Source of the DNA: a virus
Taxonomy: Duplodnaviria; Caudoviricetes
Reading direction: 5' to 3' (one strand)
Virus record (IMG/VR): IMGVR_UViG_3300028048_000057
Span: 32,001-96,000 of that record
DNA: 64,000 nucleotides
The stretch's first letter is position 1, and each line of letters begins with the position of its first letter. Under the pieces are notes generated by a model. That model had not been told where the DNA came from, ran no database searches, and saw only the letters and a list, made by a program, of their open reading frames with translations. A program made the position numbers and the translations under genes. Positions 20,749-30,192 of the stretch are shown piece after piece.

Positions 20749-23535
20749 ATGAGTAAGATTGAAGAATTAAGAAAAGAACTTAACAATGCAAGGGATAGAC
20801 TTATTGCCAAAGGATGGAAATGGGATGGAGAAAGTGGAAATCTTATGGACATTAAGCCATTTGAAATTGCTTATCAAGAGGCTATTGAAAAAGTATTTCC
20901 AGATTATATTTGGTGGGAACTAACCAATTATTGGGATATCTTTGATGCTATGATGAGTGGAATTAATGATAAAGATATTATTGAGGAAATCATTAATCAC
21001 ATTGACCCAAGTGCTTTTGAGGAAGAGTTTGGTGAAATCAAAGAAGATGAAGATGGAGACCCTATTTTAGGAGAACCTCAAGAACATGAAATTGATGAAT
21101 TAGAAAAAGAAGATACCAAAGTAATTGCAAAATTAACAGAAGGTACAAGTAACTTCCCAGTAAGAAGTGATTTTGATTTACTTGTTTTCTATACTTTTGA
21201 TGAATTTTCAGACATGATTAGGTATAGTAGTGATTATCCTAATGAAGCATCTTTTGAAGATGATAATGGTAATGTTAATTATGAAGCATTTGAAAATGCA
21301 TGCCAAGAATTTGAAGACAAGATGTGGGAAGAAAATGAAGTTTGTGTTTTAGATGATGATGATATTGAAAGACTTAAAGATAAATTAGATGACTTTAATT
21401 TAGAAACCAAATCTATTTCAGATAGAAGATGGAATGATGAAGTTGGTGATGAAACATATGATGACCTATCTAATCTTGAAGATATTGAATTAAAGATTGA
21501 ACCAGGTTATTATGAAGCAGCATATATTGATGTTGATAATGAAAATTCAATTAAATATATGAGTAAAGAATTTGGTGAAGAACAAAGTGAAAGAATTGCT
21601 AAGTTCTTAGAAGAATTAAGAAAAGAATTTGGCTTAACAAAGTTAGGTCTTGCTTATGGTCCAGCAAGCAATGGTGAAACAGGATTTAAAATTATTAAAG
21701 AAGCAAAACCTGCAAATAAAGGTAAAAAGAAAGCAAGAATTATAGGAAATCCAGAAGCAGAAAAAACATTTTTTAATGTTGCTAATGGTACTTGTGAATC
21801 TTGCAAATTAAGTGAAGCAAAAGAAAAATCCTATGAAGAAATGTTTGATGAACTCATTGATGGAGTTGAATTTGAACTTGTAAAATATAGTGGTGAAGAT
21901 AGAAAATCCAAATCTACTTGGGATGATAAAGAATATGAAGGAGATTGGGGTTTAATTGATACCCAAGGTGCTAATTTAGGTGGCATTGAAGAAGAAAGAT
22001 TCAACAATGCTAAAGAAATCATTGATAGATTAAATGTTTATATTAGTGATTACTTCTTAGGTGGACAAGATGGTCTAGAAGTTAGTGAAGAACATCAAGA
22101 TGAATTAGATGATTGTTATACATATGAAGAAATGTTAGAATTCTTTAAGAAATATCCAGAAGAAGATGAAAATGGTTATCTTGTTGAATTATTAGACTTC
22201 ATTGTAAATCATGCTAAAGATGTTGATTTAGAAAAATGTACTTTTGAAGAATTCGGTGAAGATTCCAAAGGAAGTGAAGTTTGGGTTTTAAAATTCATTG
22301 ATAAAGATGGCAATCAAGTTAAAGAAATGGGAAAACCTATGGCTTTAGATTGCACAAAAGCATTAGCCCAAAAATTAGTTGATGCAATGAATAAGTATCC
22401 AGGAAGAGTGGGAATGACTCATGAGATTGAAAAGGCTCCTTATGCAGATTCAATGTCTTATGAAATCATTGATAGTGATGATGTAGAAGAATGGATTAGT
22501 AAGATTGAAGCAGAAGGAGAAGCCTCTAATGAATCTTTAAAAGAGGAAAAAGAACCAGAACTTCCAAAAGAAGTTACAATGGACATGGCTACTATGAATG
22601 ATTTAGATATTAACCCTTCTGAAACTGGTGGAGATGAATTAGATGAAATCATTGGTGATTGGTTAAGTGATGAATATGGATATTGTCATTTTGGTTTTGA
22701 ATATGATGTAGAAAATGACCACATCAATATTTATAACATTGAATGGGATACAAGTGAATCATTAAAAGAAAGTAGTGAAGAAGAAGTCAAAGCCCCTAAG
22801 TATGCTGATGACCTTGAAATTGAAATTGCAAATAAATTAGAAAAAGCATTTCCTCAATCTAAAGGTGTGCACGATAATGCTACAGATATAGTTATGGATA
22901 TTGTAGATTTTTATCAAACTTACTATGATGAAGGTAAAACTCAAGATGAGATTAGAGCAAAATTAATTGCTAAACTTCCTGACTATGGTGTTACACACAT
23001 GGGTATGGCTGGAAGAATTATTGATTTAGTCATAAAAGAATTTGGTATTGATAAATGGGATTGGTCAGAAGGACATCCTACAGAATCTCTTAAAGAAGAA
23101 GAAAAACCATTTGTTTGTCCAAGACCAGCAATGAAACACAAAAAGATTAAAGAAGCAAGAGAAGATAGTGTTGGTTGGTTTGAAAGTGTTAAATGTTATG
23201 GTGCTCCAGGTGATGAACCAAGTGAAGTTTATGAACCAGGACAAGGTGCTTATTGTTTAGTAGATGAAGATTGTTTCTTAGTGGATAGATTAGAAAAATA
23301 TGAAAGAGAAGCAATTTTAGACCAATTAATTAAAGGTGGTTCTCAATTTGCAATTGGTGATAATGAATATGAAATTGAATTTGCAGGTGATTGTGATTGG
23401 GATGAAGCATGGCCTCATATCTTAAGAATGTTTAAACAAGGCAAACTTAATGGAGTATTTAAATTAGATAAAAAACAAGAATGTAAAGAAGAAAAAACAA
23501 TTTCTTCTAAAATTATTAAAGCACATAGAAAATAA
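20749..23535 (+). CDS. Acidic multi-module putative internal head polyprotein, 928 aa
   Basis: 3 exact ESLKE plus LTE/LSE/IKE linkers. Confidence 0.6.
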   Translation: MSKIEELRKELNNARDRLIAKGWKWDGESGNLMDIKPFEIAYQEAIEKVFPDYIWWELTNYWDIFDAMMSGINDKDIIEEIINHIDPSAFEEEFGEIKEDEDGDPILGEPQEHEIDELEKEDTKVIAKLTEGTSNFPVRSDFDLLVFYTFDEFSDMIRYSSDYPNEASFEDDNGNVNYEAFENACQEFEDKMWEENEVCVLDDDDIERLKDKLDDFNLETKSISDRRWNDEVGDETYDDLSNLEDIELKIEPGYYEAAYIDVDNENSIKYMSKEFGEEQSERIAKFLEELRKEFGLTKLGLAYGPASNGETGFKIIKEAKPANKGKKKARIIGNPEAEKTFFNVANGTCESCKLSEAKEKSYEEMFDELIDGVEFELVKYSGEDRKSKSTWDDKEYEGDWGLIDTQGANLGGIEEERFNNAKEIIDRLNVYISDYFLGGQDGLEVSEEHQDELDDCYTYEEMLEFFKKYPEEDENGYLVELLDFIVNHAKDVDLEKCTFEEFGEDSKGSEVWVLKFIDKDGNQVKEMGKPMALDCTKALAQKLVDAMNKYPGRVGMTHEIEKAPYADSMSYEIIDSDDVEEWISKIEAEGEASNESLKEEKEPELPKEVTMDMATMNDLDINPSETGGDELDEIIGDWLSDEYGYCHFGFEYDVENDHINIYNIEWDTSESLKESSEEEVKAPKYADDLEIEIANKLEKAFPQSKGVHDNATDIVMDIVDFYQTYYDEGKTQDEIRAKLIAKLPDYGVTHMGMAGRIIDLVIKEFGIDKWDWSEGHPTESLKEEEKPFVCPRPAMKHKKIKEAREDSVGWFESVKCYGAPGDEPSEVYEPGQGAYCLVDEDCFLVDRLEKYEREAILDQLIKGGSQFAIGDNEYEIEFAGDCDWDEAWPHILRMFKQGKLNGVFKLDKKQECKEEKTISSKIIKAHRK

Positions 23536-23547
23536 GGAGATACTAAA

Positions 23548-25107
23548 ATGAATAAAATTATGATGGATGCTTTTAAAGCACTAGAAAATATTGATGATGA
23601 ATTAGTAGCCCCTAAGAGAATAGTTATTAACAAAGATAAGAAAGTTGTTAATGAATCTAAAAGTGGTAATGCCAAAAAAGTTATCAAAGAAGAAAAAATT
23701 GAGACTATAGATATCAGTGGTAAAGATATGTATGAGAGAGGTAAGGCATATTACTATGCTCATACAGGTGATGTTGTTGATATTGATGGTAAAAAATTTA
23801 GAATTGACCATAGAGAACATAAAATTGGTTATGGTGACACAATTGATTTAATTGATTTAGAAACTAAAGAATTAACTACAATTTCTAAGAAAGATTTCAT
23901 TGAGAAGGCAAAACTTTTAGATGAAAGTTGTAAAGTAGATGAAGCCCCTAAATATGACTTAGATACACAACATGATTCTAGAAAATCTTTCTATGGTAAA
24001 GCAAAAGTTGATGTTAAAGATAATGGTACCCAAGTTCTTTATTCTTATGGTACTCCAGTTTGTAGAATTGAAAATGGTAAAGTTACTCTTTTAAATAAAG
24101 GGTATTTAGGTTGGGCAAGTTCTCAAACAACTTTAAGACATGTTAAAGAATTCTTAAAACAAAATGGTTTTGAAGTTGCAAGTTTAAGAGAATTGGCAAA
24201 GATGTACCCTATTGAACAAGCAAGAGAAGATGAATCTTTAAAAGAAGCAGTAATCAATCTTAGCAAAGAAGAAGAAGTTGAAGCAGCAAAGAAAGTTTTA
24301 AATGATGAAAGTGCAGAAAAAGAATTAACAGTTGTTGATGTTGATGCAGATTCTATTGATAAACTTAAAACAGATTATATAGGTAATGCTATTTTAATTT
24401 GTCCTGTATGTAAAACTCCTATTTTCTTAAAACCTTCAGCATTAAAAAAGGAAGAAAATAGTGACAAATATAATAAAGAAATAGAATGCCCTCATTGTCA
24501 TGCTCAAGATGGATTTGATTTAGTTGCCCAAGCAGCAGAACTTACTCCAGAACAAGCAGAAAAAGAAGCAGAAAAAACAGAGTTAACAGGAAGAGAGTCT
24601 ACCTCAGAAGAAGAAACTAAAGAAGTTAAAGATGTTGATGTAAAAGTTGATATTGATTCTAATGAAGATGAAGAAAAGAAAGAAGAATCTTTAACTAGAA
24701 AATTTATGATTGAAGATATTGATGAAAATAGATTTGATAAACTTATTAATCAATATTTAATTTCAACTTACAATAATGTTGAAAGTTACTCTACTACTAG
24801 TGGTAAAGTAGATAATGATAATAATATTGTTGTTTTAGAAGGTGTCATTAAATATAAGAGTGGTAAAGAAAAACCAACTTCATTTAAATTTGAAGCAAAA
24901 TCATCTACAAGAAGTGGTAGGCTTAGATTTGTAGGTATTAATGAAACTTTAACAAAGTCAAGAAATGCTTTCTCCTTATTTGGAAGAGTTTCTAAGAGTG
25001 GTTGTTTAAGATGTGAATCTATGAATTACTCTTATGGGGTTAAAGTATTAAATGAAAGTAAACTAATTAAGGGAAGAGTTGAAATTAAAGAAAAGAAAAT
25101 GAAGTAA
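23548..25107 (+). CDS. Multi-module putative virion protein with Zn ribbon
   Basis: ESLKE linker; CPVC...CPHC; KSFYGKA...LYSYGTPV...SQTTLRHVKEFL module. Confidence 0.6.
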   Translation: MNKIMMDAFKALENIDDELVAPKRIVINKDKKVVNESKSGNAKKVIKEEKIETIDISGKDMYERGKAYYYAHTGDVVDIDGKKFRIDHREHKIGYGDTIDLIDLETKELTTISKKDFIEKAKLLDESCKVDEAPKYDLDTQHDSRKSFYGKAKVDVKDNGTQVLYSYGTPVCRIENGKVTLLNKGYLGWASSQTTLRHVKEFLKQNGFEVASLRELAKMYPIEQAREDESLKEAVINLSKEEEVEAAKKVLNDESAEKELTVVDVDADSIDKLKTDYIGNAILICPVCKTPIFLKPSALKKEENSDKYNKEIECPHCHAQDGFDLVAQAAELTPEQAEKEAEKTELTGRESTSEEETKEVKDVDVKVDIDSNEDEEKKEESLTRKFMIEDIDENRFDKLINQYLISTYNNVESYSTTSGKVDNDNNIVVLEGVIKYKSGKEKPTSFKFEAKSSTRSGRLRFVGINETLTKSRNAFSLFGRVSKSGCLRCESMNYSYGVKVLNESKLIKGRVEIKEKKMK

Positions 25108-25120
25108 GAGGTGATTATTT

Positions 25121-25624
25121 ATGGAAAATAAAGACACAGGCCTTTTACTAGATAAACAAAATATAGAACTTCAAAGATTTTATTTTGAGGAATTAGTAAG
25201 ACTTAAAGGAATTAATCTTATTTATAGAGCCCCTAGAGAAAACAAAGAATATGATGGCTATGGTGAATTAGATGCATTCTTTTATGACCCTATTGTAGTA
25301 GGATGTATCTATGATGAGCATCCTAATCAATGGACAATGAAAAAGTTAGGTTGGGCTAGTGAACTTCAAGAAGAAACCTCAATAGTTCATGTTCCTTACA
25401 ATACACCTAAGTTACAAAATGGTTCTTTGTTTATTGTACCTAGTGGTGTAGATAATGCAGAAGGTAGATTATTTAGAATCATAAAGATGAGTACTATTTG
25501 TATGTATCCAGCAAGTGTAGCATGTCAAATTGCTCCAGTGTGGAAAAATACATTTGAGAAATCTCAATTTGACCATTCAGATAATAACTTCAATTTATTA
25601 AAAGAAGATGAAGGTGAACAATAG
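25121..25624 (+). CDS. Head closure/neck protein, T4 gp14-like
   Basis: EELVRLKGINLIYRAPR pattern; synteny. Confidence 0.55.
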   Translation: MENKDTGLLLDKQNIELQRFYFEELVRLKGINLIYRAPRENKEYDGYGELDAFFYDPIVVGCIYDEHPNQWTMKKLGWASELQEETSIVHVPYNTPKLQNGSLFIVPSGVDNAEGRLFRIIKMSTICMYPASVACQIAPVWKNTFEKSQFDHSDNNFNLLKEDEGEQ

Positions 25625-26038
25625 ATGGTTCTATATATAAATAATTATCCCAAAGGACAAGATGATGAATTTGTATTAAAATGTATACCTTCTATTATTG
25701 CCTCTAGAATGTTATCAAATTGTTCTACAAAGAATACTAAAGCAATGGATAACTATTTAAATAAAATGTATGAAATGTCTACTTATGAAATAGTGGAAAA
25801 AGTAGGAAAACACATTAAGACTTCTTGGGTTAGTGACTTATGTCAAATTAGCATAGATACAAATGCACTTGAGGAGAAAAGTGGCCAAACAATCAAGTCT
25901 TTAATAAAATTAATTGATTATGGAAATATAGATGTTAAAGGGTTAAATATTTTTAAAGAATCACTTATGTTTATACAAGCATATATAAATTCAATTTATA
26001 GATTATATAGATATAGTAATGGAAGGAAGGAGAATTAA
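25625..26038 (+). CDS. Hypothetical protein in neck module
   Basis: Contiguous ORF between gp14-like and gp15-like genes. Confidence 0.6.
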   Translation: MVLYINNYPKGQDDEFVLKCIPSIIASRMLSNCSTKNTKAMDNYLNKMYEMSTYEIVEKVGKHIKTSWVSDLCQISIDTNALEEKSGQTIKSLIKLIDYGNIDVKGLNIFKESLMFIQAYINSIYRLYRYSNGRKEN

Positions 26039-26040
26039 TC

Positions 26041-26703
26041 ATGGCAATTCAATATTATGACAAAGCCTTAACTGAAAAGATTCAAGATTGGATTAATGAC
26101 CCAAAAATCCATGTCTATAGACCAGAAGAAGTTTCTTGGATGTTGCAACAAAAGAGTGATGAAAATAATGATAAACCTATAGCATTACCATTCCTAGCAC
26201 TATCTAGAGAAACTGAGATTAATATTGAGAATCCAAATAAAAATCCTTTAAGTTATGATGGCCTAGCAATAAGACTATATGATGATAAAGGCAAGGAAGT
26301 ACATTTAAAATCAGCATTTAAATTAAATGCAATTCCAATAAGATTAAGTTATCAGTTGGATATTTATACCAAAGGTTTAGAAGAAGCATGTGAATATGTT
26401 AGAGAACTAGTATTCAGATTAATCAATAACCCAAAGATTCAAATTACAATTCCTTATAATGGAGTTAATTTACAACATAAATCTTCTATACAAGTATACT
26501 CTCAAATAGAAGATAATAGTGATATACCTCAAAGATTATATCCAGGACAATTTACAAGATTTACTATTAAAATGACAATTGATGATGCTTATTTATTCAG
26601 TGTTGTTGATAGACAAAACATTTTAATAGATAAAATTAGAATGGAAATTATGGATAAAGAAAGCAAAGAAACAGAGGTTGAAATTCTTACAATAAACTCT
26701 TAA
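26041..26703 (+). CDS. Tail terminator/completion protein, T4 gp15-like
   Basis: LPFLALSR...PIRLSYQLDIYT; directly upstream of the sheath. Confidence 0.65.
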   Translation: MAIQYYDKALTEKIQDWINDPKIHVYRPEEVSWMLQQKSDENNDKPIALPFLALSRETEINIENPNKNPLSYDGLAIRLYDDKGKEVHLKSAFKLNAIPIRLSYQLDIYTKGLEEACEYVRELVFRLINNPKIQITIPYNGVNLQHKSSIQVYSQIEDNSDIPQRLYPGQFTRFTIKMTIDDAYLFSVVDRQNILIDKIRMEIMDKESKETEVEILTINS

Positions 26704-26750
26704 TAAAGAGTGCTAAATTTAATGATAAAATATTAATAAGGAGAAATACA

Positions 26751-28280
26751 ATGCCAAAGATTAAAATTACAGAAATAGATAATACAGGCAGTATTCAATT
26801 AAATCCAATTACTAATGTGGTTTTTATCCCAGGTAAAGCAGCATCAAAAATGACTAAACCTGTACTTTGTTCTTCAGTTTCAGAACTAAGTAACCTTAAA
26901 GAAGCAAAAGGTTTAATTGAGGATACATCCTATAAACTAGCAAAAAGATTAATTCAATTAGGAATGCAAGTACTTTATCAAGGATTTGTAGCAAGTGGTA
27001 CTAGTGTTACTTGGTATGATGGTAATTATTTTGCAGATATTATTGAAGATGAAGAAGAAGTGAAAAAAGTAACCATTAGTGGAGAAGCATTTACTTTAAG
27101 TGAAACTGGTGAAGAATTAGTTACAGTTAAAAAATATAGAGTAACACATCATCATGAAGGTTCCGAAGATACTCATACAAATGAATATTTACATTTTGGT
27201 ATCAGTAGTGGTAAATGTGTGATTAAAATTGAAAACCTTATTTTAGAAACAGGAGATGAAGTATTATCTTCAGATTTTAAATTATTTGTAGGTATTCCAA
27301 CAAAAGAAGGTGTAGCACAATATCAAACTATTTTATTTGACTATATTAATAATAAAGTTGGATATAATTGGTTAGGACTCAATGGAGAATCCATTATAAT
27401 TGGTTCAGAAGATTGGGCATTGTTACAAGATAAATCAGTATATGATATTAGATTCTTAACTACAGGTGGTTATGCAATTCCATCACAAGCAATGGTAGAA
27501 TGTGCAGCAACTAGAGGAGATTGTGTGGCTTTAATTGACCATGATAGAGGATTAACAAGTGTTTCTAGTGTTAGAAGTGCTATGGCTCCTTTTGTTAGTT
27601 CATTCTCATCAGGATTTACTCCTTGGTTTGAAGCAAGTTTAGATGGTACTGAAAGTTTAGTTGTTCCAGCATCATTTGGATATTTATTTGCTTATGCTAG
27701 AAGCATTCAAAATAATCCTACTTGGTATTCAGTTGCTGGTTCCTTTAGAGGAATTATTCCAGAATTAGTTAAAGTTGAATATGAATATTCATCAGCAGAA
27801 GTAGAAATGCTTCAAGGTAGAGCCTCTACAATGGAAGTTGGTATGGGTGAACCAAATGATAATGTTGGTTTTGCAATTAACCCAATTGCTTATGTTAGTA
27901 GATTTGGTTATCTTATTTGGGGAAATAGAACTCTTGTTGAAAATGAAGCAGGACAAGATGGAGTAGGTATCTTAAAAGCAACTTCATTCTTAAATGTTAG
28001 AAACCTTTGTAGTGACATTAAAAAGACACTTTATTTAGCAGCAAGAAGATACACATTTGAACAAAATAGTAATTTATTATGGTTAGACTTTAAATCTCAA
28101 GTTACTCCACTCTTAGATAGAATGGTTAGTGGCAATGGTATTGAGGCCTATACATTTGAACAAATGCCAACAGATAAGAAAGCCAGATTAAGTGCAAGAT
28201 TAACTATTGTTCCAATTGAGGGAGTTGAAGACTTTGAATTAGAAGTCTATCTTGAAGACTCACTTGAAGTGGTTGAATAA
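26751..28280 (+). CDS. Tail sheath protein
   Basis: RGDCVALID, PTWYSVAGSFRG, INPI...IWGNRTL, LNVRNL, FEQN motifs. Confidence 0.95.
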   Translation: MPKIKITEIDNTGSIQLNPITNVVFIPGKAASKMTKPVLCSSVSELSNLKEAKGLIEDTSYKLAKRLIQLGMQVLYQGFVASGTSVTWYDGNYFADIIEDEEEVKKVTISGEAFTLSETGEELVTVKKYRVTHHHEGSEDTHTNEYLHFGISSGKCVIKIENLILETGDEVLSSDFKLFVGIPTKEGVAQYQTILFDYINNKVGYNWLGLNGESIIIGSEDWALLQDKSVYDIRFLTTGGYAIPSQAMVECAATRGDCVALIDHDRGLTSVSSVRSAMAPFVSSFSSGFTPWFEASLDGTESLVVPASFGYLFAYARSIQNNPTWYSVAGSFRGIIPELVKVEYEYSSAEVEMLQGRASTMEVGMGEPNDNVGFAINPIAYVSRFGYLIWGNRTLVENEAGQDGVGILKATSFLNVRNLCSDIKKTLYLAARRYTFEQNSNLLWLDFKSQVTPLLDRMVSGNGIEAYTFEQMPTDKKARLSARLTIVPIEGVEDFELEVYLEDSLEVVE

Positions 28281-28297
28281 TGGAGGAAAGATAAGAT

Positions 28298-28885
28298 ATG
28301 AGAGCAGATAATATTGGTGCTTATCACTTAGCCCAAAATCCAGAATTATATGAACCAGCAAGAACAAATAACTTTGAATTCTATGTTCCAACACTTCCTG
28401 ATAATTTATTATATGCAGGTGTGTTAGCATCAGACCAAGTTAAAGATGAAAAGAAATTCATCAAAAATGGTGGTAAATCTTTAAGAGTAGCAGTTCTTAG
28501 TTCTTCAGTTCCACACTTTGCTTTAGGTAAAATTGAAGTAAAGAGAGGCAACAGTACAATGAATGTTGCAGGTACTCCAGAATTCTCACCATTAACTCTT
28601 GTTTGTAATGATTATATTGGAGCAAGAATTAAAGACATCTTAATGGCATGGCAAGCACTTGCTTATGATGTTAGAACTCAATTAGTTCAAAAGATGTCTA
28701 ATTATAAAATGGAAGGTTACTTAATTGAGTACACTCCAGATTATGAAGAAGTAAGAAGATGGCATATTTATGGTTGTTGGGTAAGTGAAGTTTCAGAAAA
28801 TGAATTCAATAATGAATCCAATGATAAGAGAACAACTACAGCAACTCTTATCTATGATTATGCTATCCCAGAATTACCAGACTAA
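28298..28885 (+). CDS. Tail tube protein, T4 gp19-like
   Basis: RTNNFEF, WHIYGCWVSEV...LIYD; follows the sheath. Confidence 0.9.
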   Translation: MRADNIGAYHLAQNPELYEPARTNNFEFYVPTLPDNLLYAGVLASDQVKDEKKFIKNGGKSLRVAVLSSSVPHFALGKIEVKRGNSTMNVAGTPEFSPLTLVCNDYIGARIKDILMAWQALAYDVRTQLVQKMSNYKMEGYLIEYTPDYEEVRRWHIYGCWVSEVSENEFNNESNDKRTTTATLIYDYAIPELPD

Positions 28886-28903
28886 TCAAAAAAAATAATT
28901 TAT

Positions 28904-28936
28904 AGGTGCATACTTAGGTGTGTACCTTTTATTTTT
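28904..28936 (+). terminator. Intrinsic terminator
   Basis: AGGTGCATAC-TTAG-GTGTGTACCT then a T-rich tail. Confidence 0.8.
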
Positions 28937-28996
28937 AAATAATTTTTAAAATCTTTTAAAAGTAGTGCTAAAATTTATGAGGTAAAGGAGTATTCT

Positions 28997-29170
28997 ATGG
29001 ATATTGAAATTAAAGAAAAGGAACTTAAAAAAGTGTCCAAGAAGATTATTGGTGTACAAGTAACCGATGAAATTTATGATGCACTTCAAAAGAAGAGTGA
29101 AGAGGAATGGCTAACTATATCAGATATAGTTAGAAGACTCATAAGAGATTATTTAAAGGAGGCAAAATAA
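28997..29170 (+). CDS. Ribbon-helix-helix (CopG-like) DNA-binding protein, 57 aa (not in ORF track)
   Basis: AAGGAG RBS; IIGVQVTDEIYDALQKKSEEEWLTISDIVRRLIRDYL. Confidence 0.8.
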   Translation: MDIEIKEKELKKVSKKIIGVQVTDEIYDALQKKSEEEWLTISDIVRRLIRDYLKEAK

Positions 29171-29171
29171 T

Positions 29172-29936
29172 ATGTTAAAAGATGCTACAATTAAAGAAAC
29201 ATATACACTTCCTTCTTTAGGTAAACTATATGGTATTGAAGGATTCAATCCAAAAGTCACACTTAGAAGTATGACCACTATGGAAGAGATGAAAAGATTA
29301 TCATATACAGAAGATGAGTTTAAATTAATGTCTGAAATTATTGATGATTGTATTCTTGAAGAAATGCCAATCTCTTCTTATGATATGGTATTAGGTGATT
29401 ATGAATTTTTATTACATAAACTTAGAGTAGTTACTTATGGTAAGGATTATAAAATGCAAGATACATGTCCAAATTGTAAGAAACAAACAGTAGTGAGTGT
29501 AAATTTAGATGAGGTAGAAGTTCATGAATTTGATGAAGATGAAATTCTTAAATCAAGAACAATTACATTACCTATATCTAAAAAGAAAATAACATTAGCC
29601 TTTCAAACTCCAAGAACAATAGATTTAATCAAAGAGAAGGCAAATACACTAAGAAAGAAAACGAAAGACCAACACACAAACTATGAGTTCATGTATAGAG
29701 TCATCTCCTATATTGCAGAAGTTGATGGCCTAGAAAAATCAGATGATGACTTAGAACAAATGGTTAGAAAAATGCAAATGAAAGATATCTATTATATTTT
29801 AGATAAAGGTGCAGAACTTGGTAGAAAGGTAGGACTTGACAATGAAGTAGTTGCAAAATGTGGAAATTGTAATTATGAATTTGTCACACGATTTCAGTAT
29901 CAACCATCATTTTTTAGACCCTATATTGACGAATGA
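29172..29936 (+). CDS. Baseplate hub/tail assembly chaperone, T4 gp26-like
   Basis: YTLPSLGK, CPNC, CGNC motifs; between tube and tape measure. Confidence 0.75.
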   Translation: MLKDATIKETYTLPSLGKLYGIEGFNPKVTLRSMTTMEEMKRLSYTEDEFKLMSEIIDDCILEEMPISSYDMVLGDYEFLLHKLRVVTYGKDYKMQDTCPNCKKQTVVSVNLDEVEVHEFDEDEILKSRTITLPISKKKITLAFQTPRTIDLIKEKANTLRKKTKDQHTNYEFMYRVISYIAEVDGLEKSDDDLEQMVRKMQMKDIYYILDKGAELGRKVGLDNEVVAKCGNCNYEFVTRFQYQPSFFRPYIDE

Positions 29937-30180
29937 TGGGAAACCATATGGTCCATGGAGATATAAAAAGATAGTTGAAGAGTGTTATATAATAAGTCAT
30001 GCTATAAATACTTCTTATACAGACTTAATGAAGATAACACCTAGGGAAAGAGAGTATTTCATAGAATTCTTAAACAGAGAAGCAGAAGAAATGAAAAAAC
30101 TCAAAGAAGATAATAGTAAAAAATTAAATAAAACTTTAGAAGAAGTAAAATCAGCAAAACAATCAAGAGTAAGAATGTAA
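29851..30180 (+). CDS. T4 gp51-like chaperone segment (start uncertain, possible frameshift fusion)
   Basis: SYTDLMKITPREREYFIEFL pattern; +1-frame overlap with the upstream gene; no RBS. Confidence 0.55.
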   Translation: MQNVEIVIMNLSHDFSINHHFLDPILTNDGKPYGPWRYKKIVEECYIISHAINTSYTDLMKITPREREYFIEFLNREAEEMKKLKEDNSKKLNKTLEEVKSAKQSRVRM

Positions 30181-30192
30181 GGAGGGTAATCA

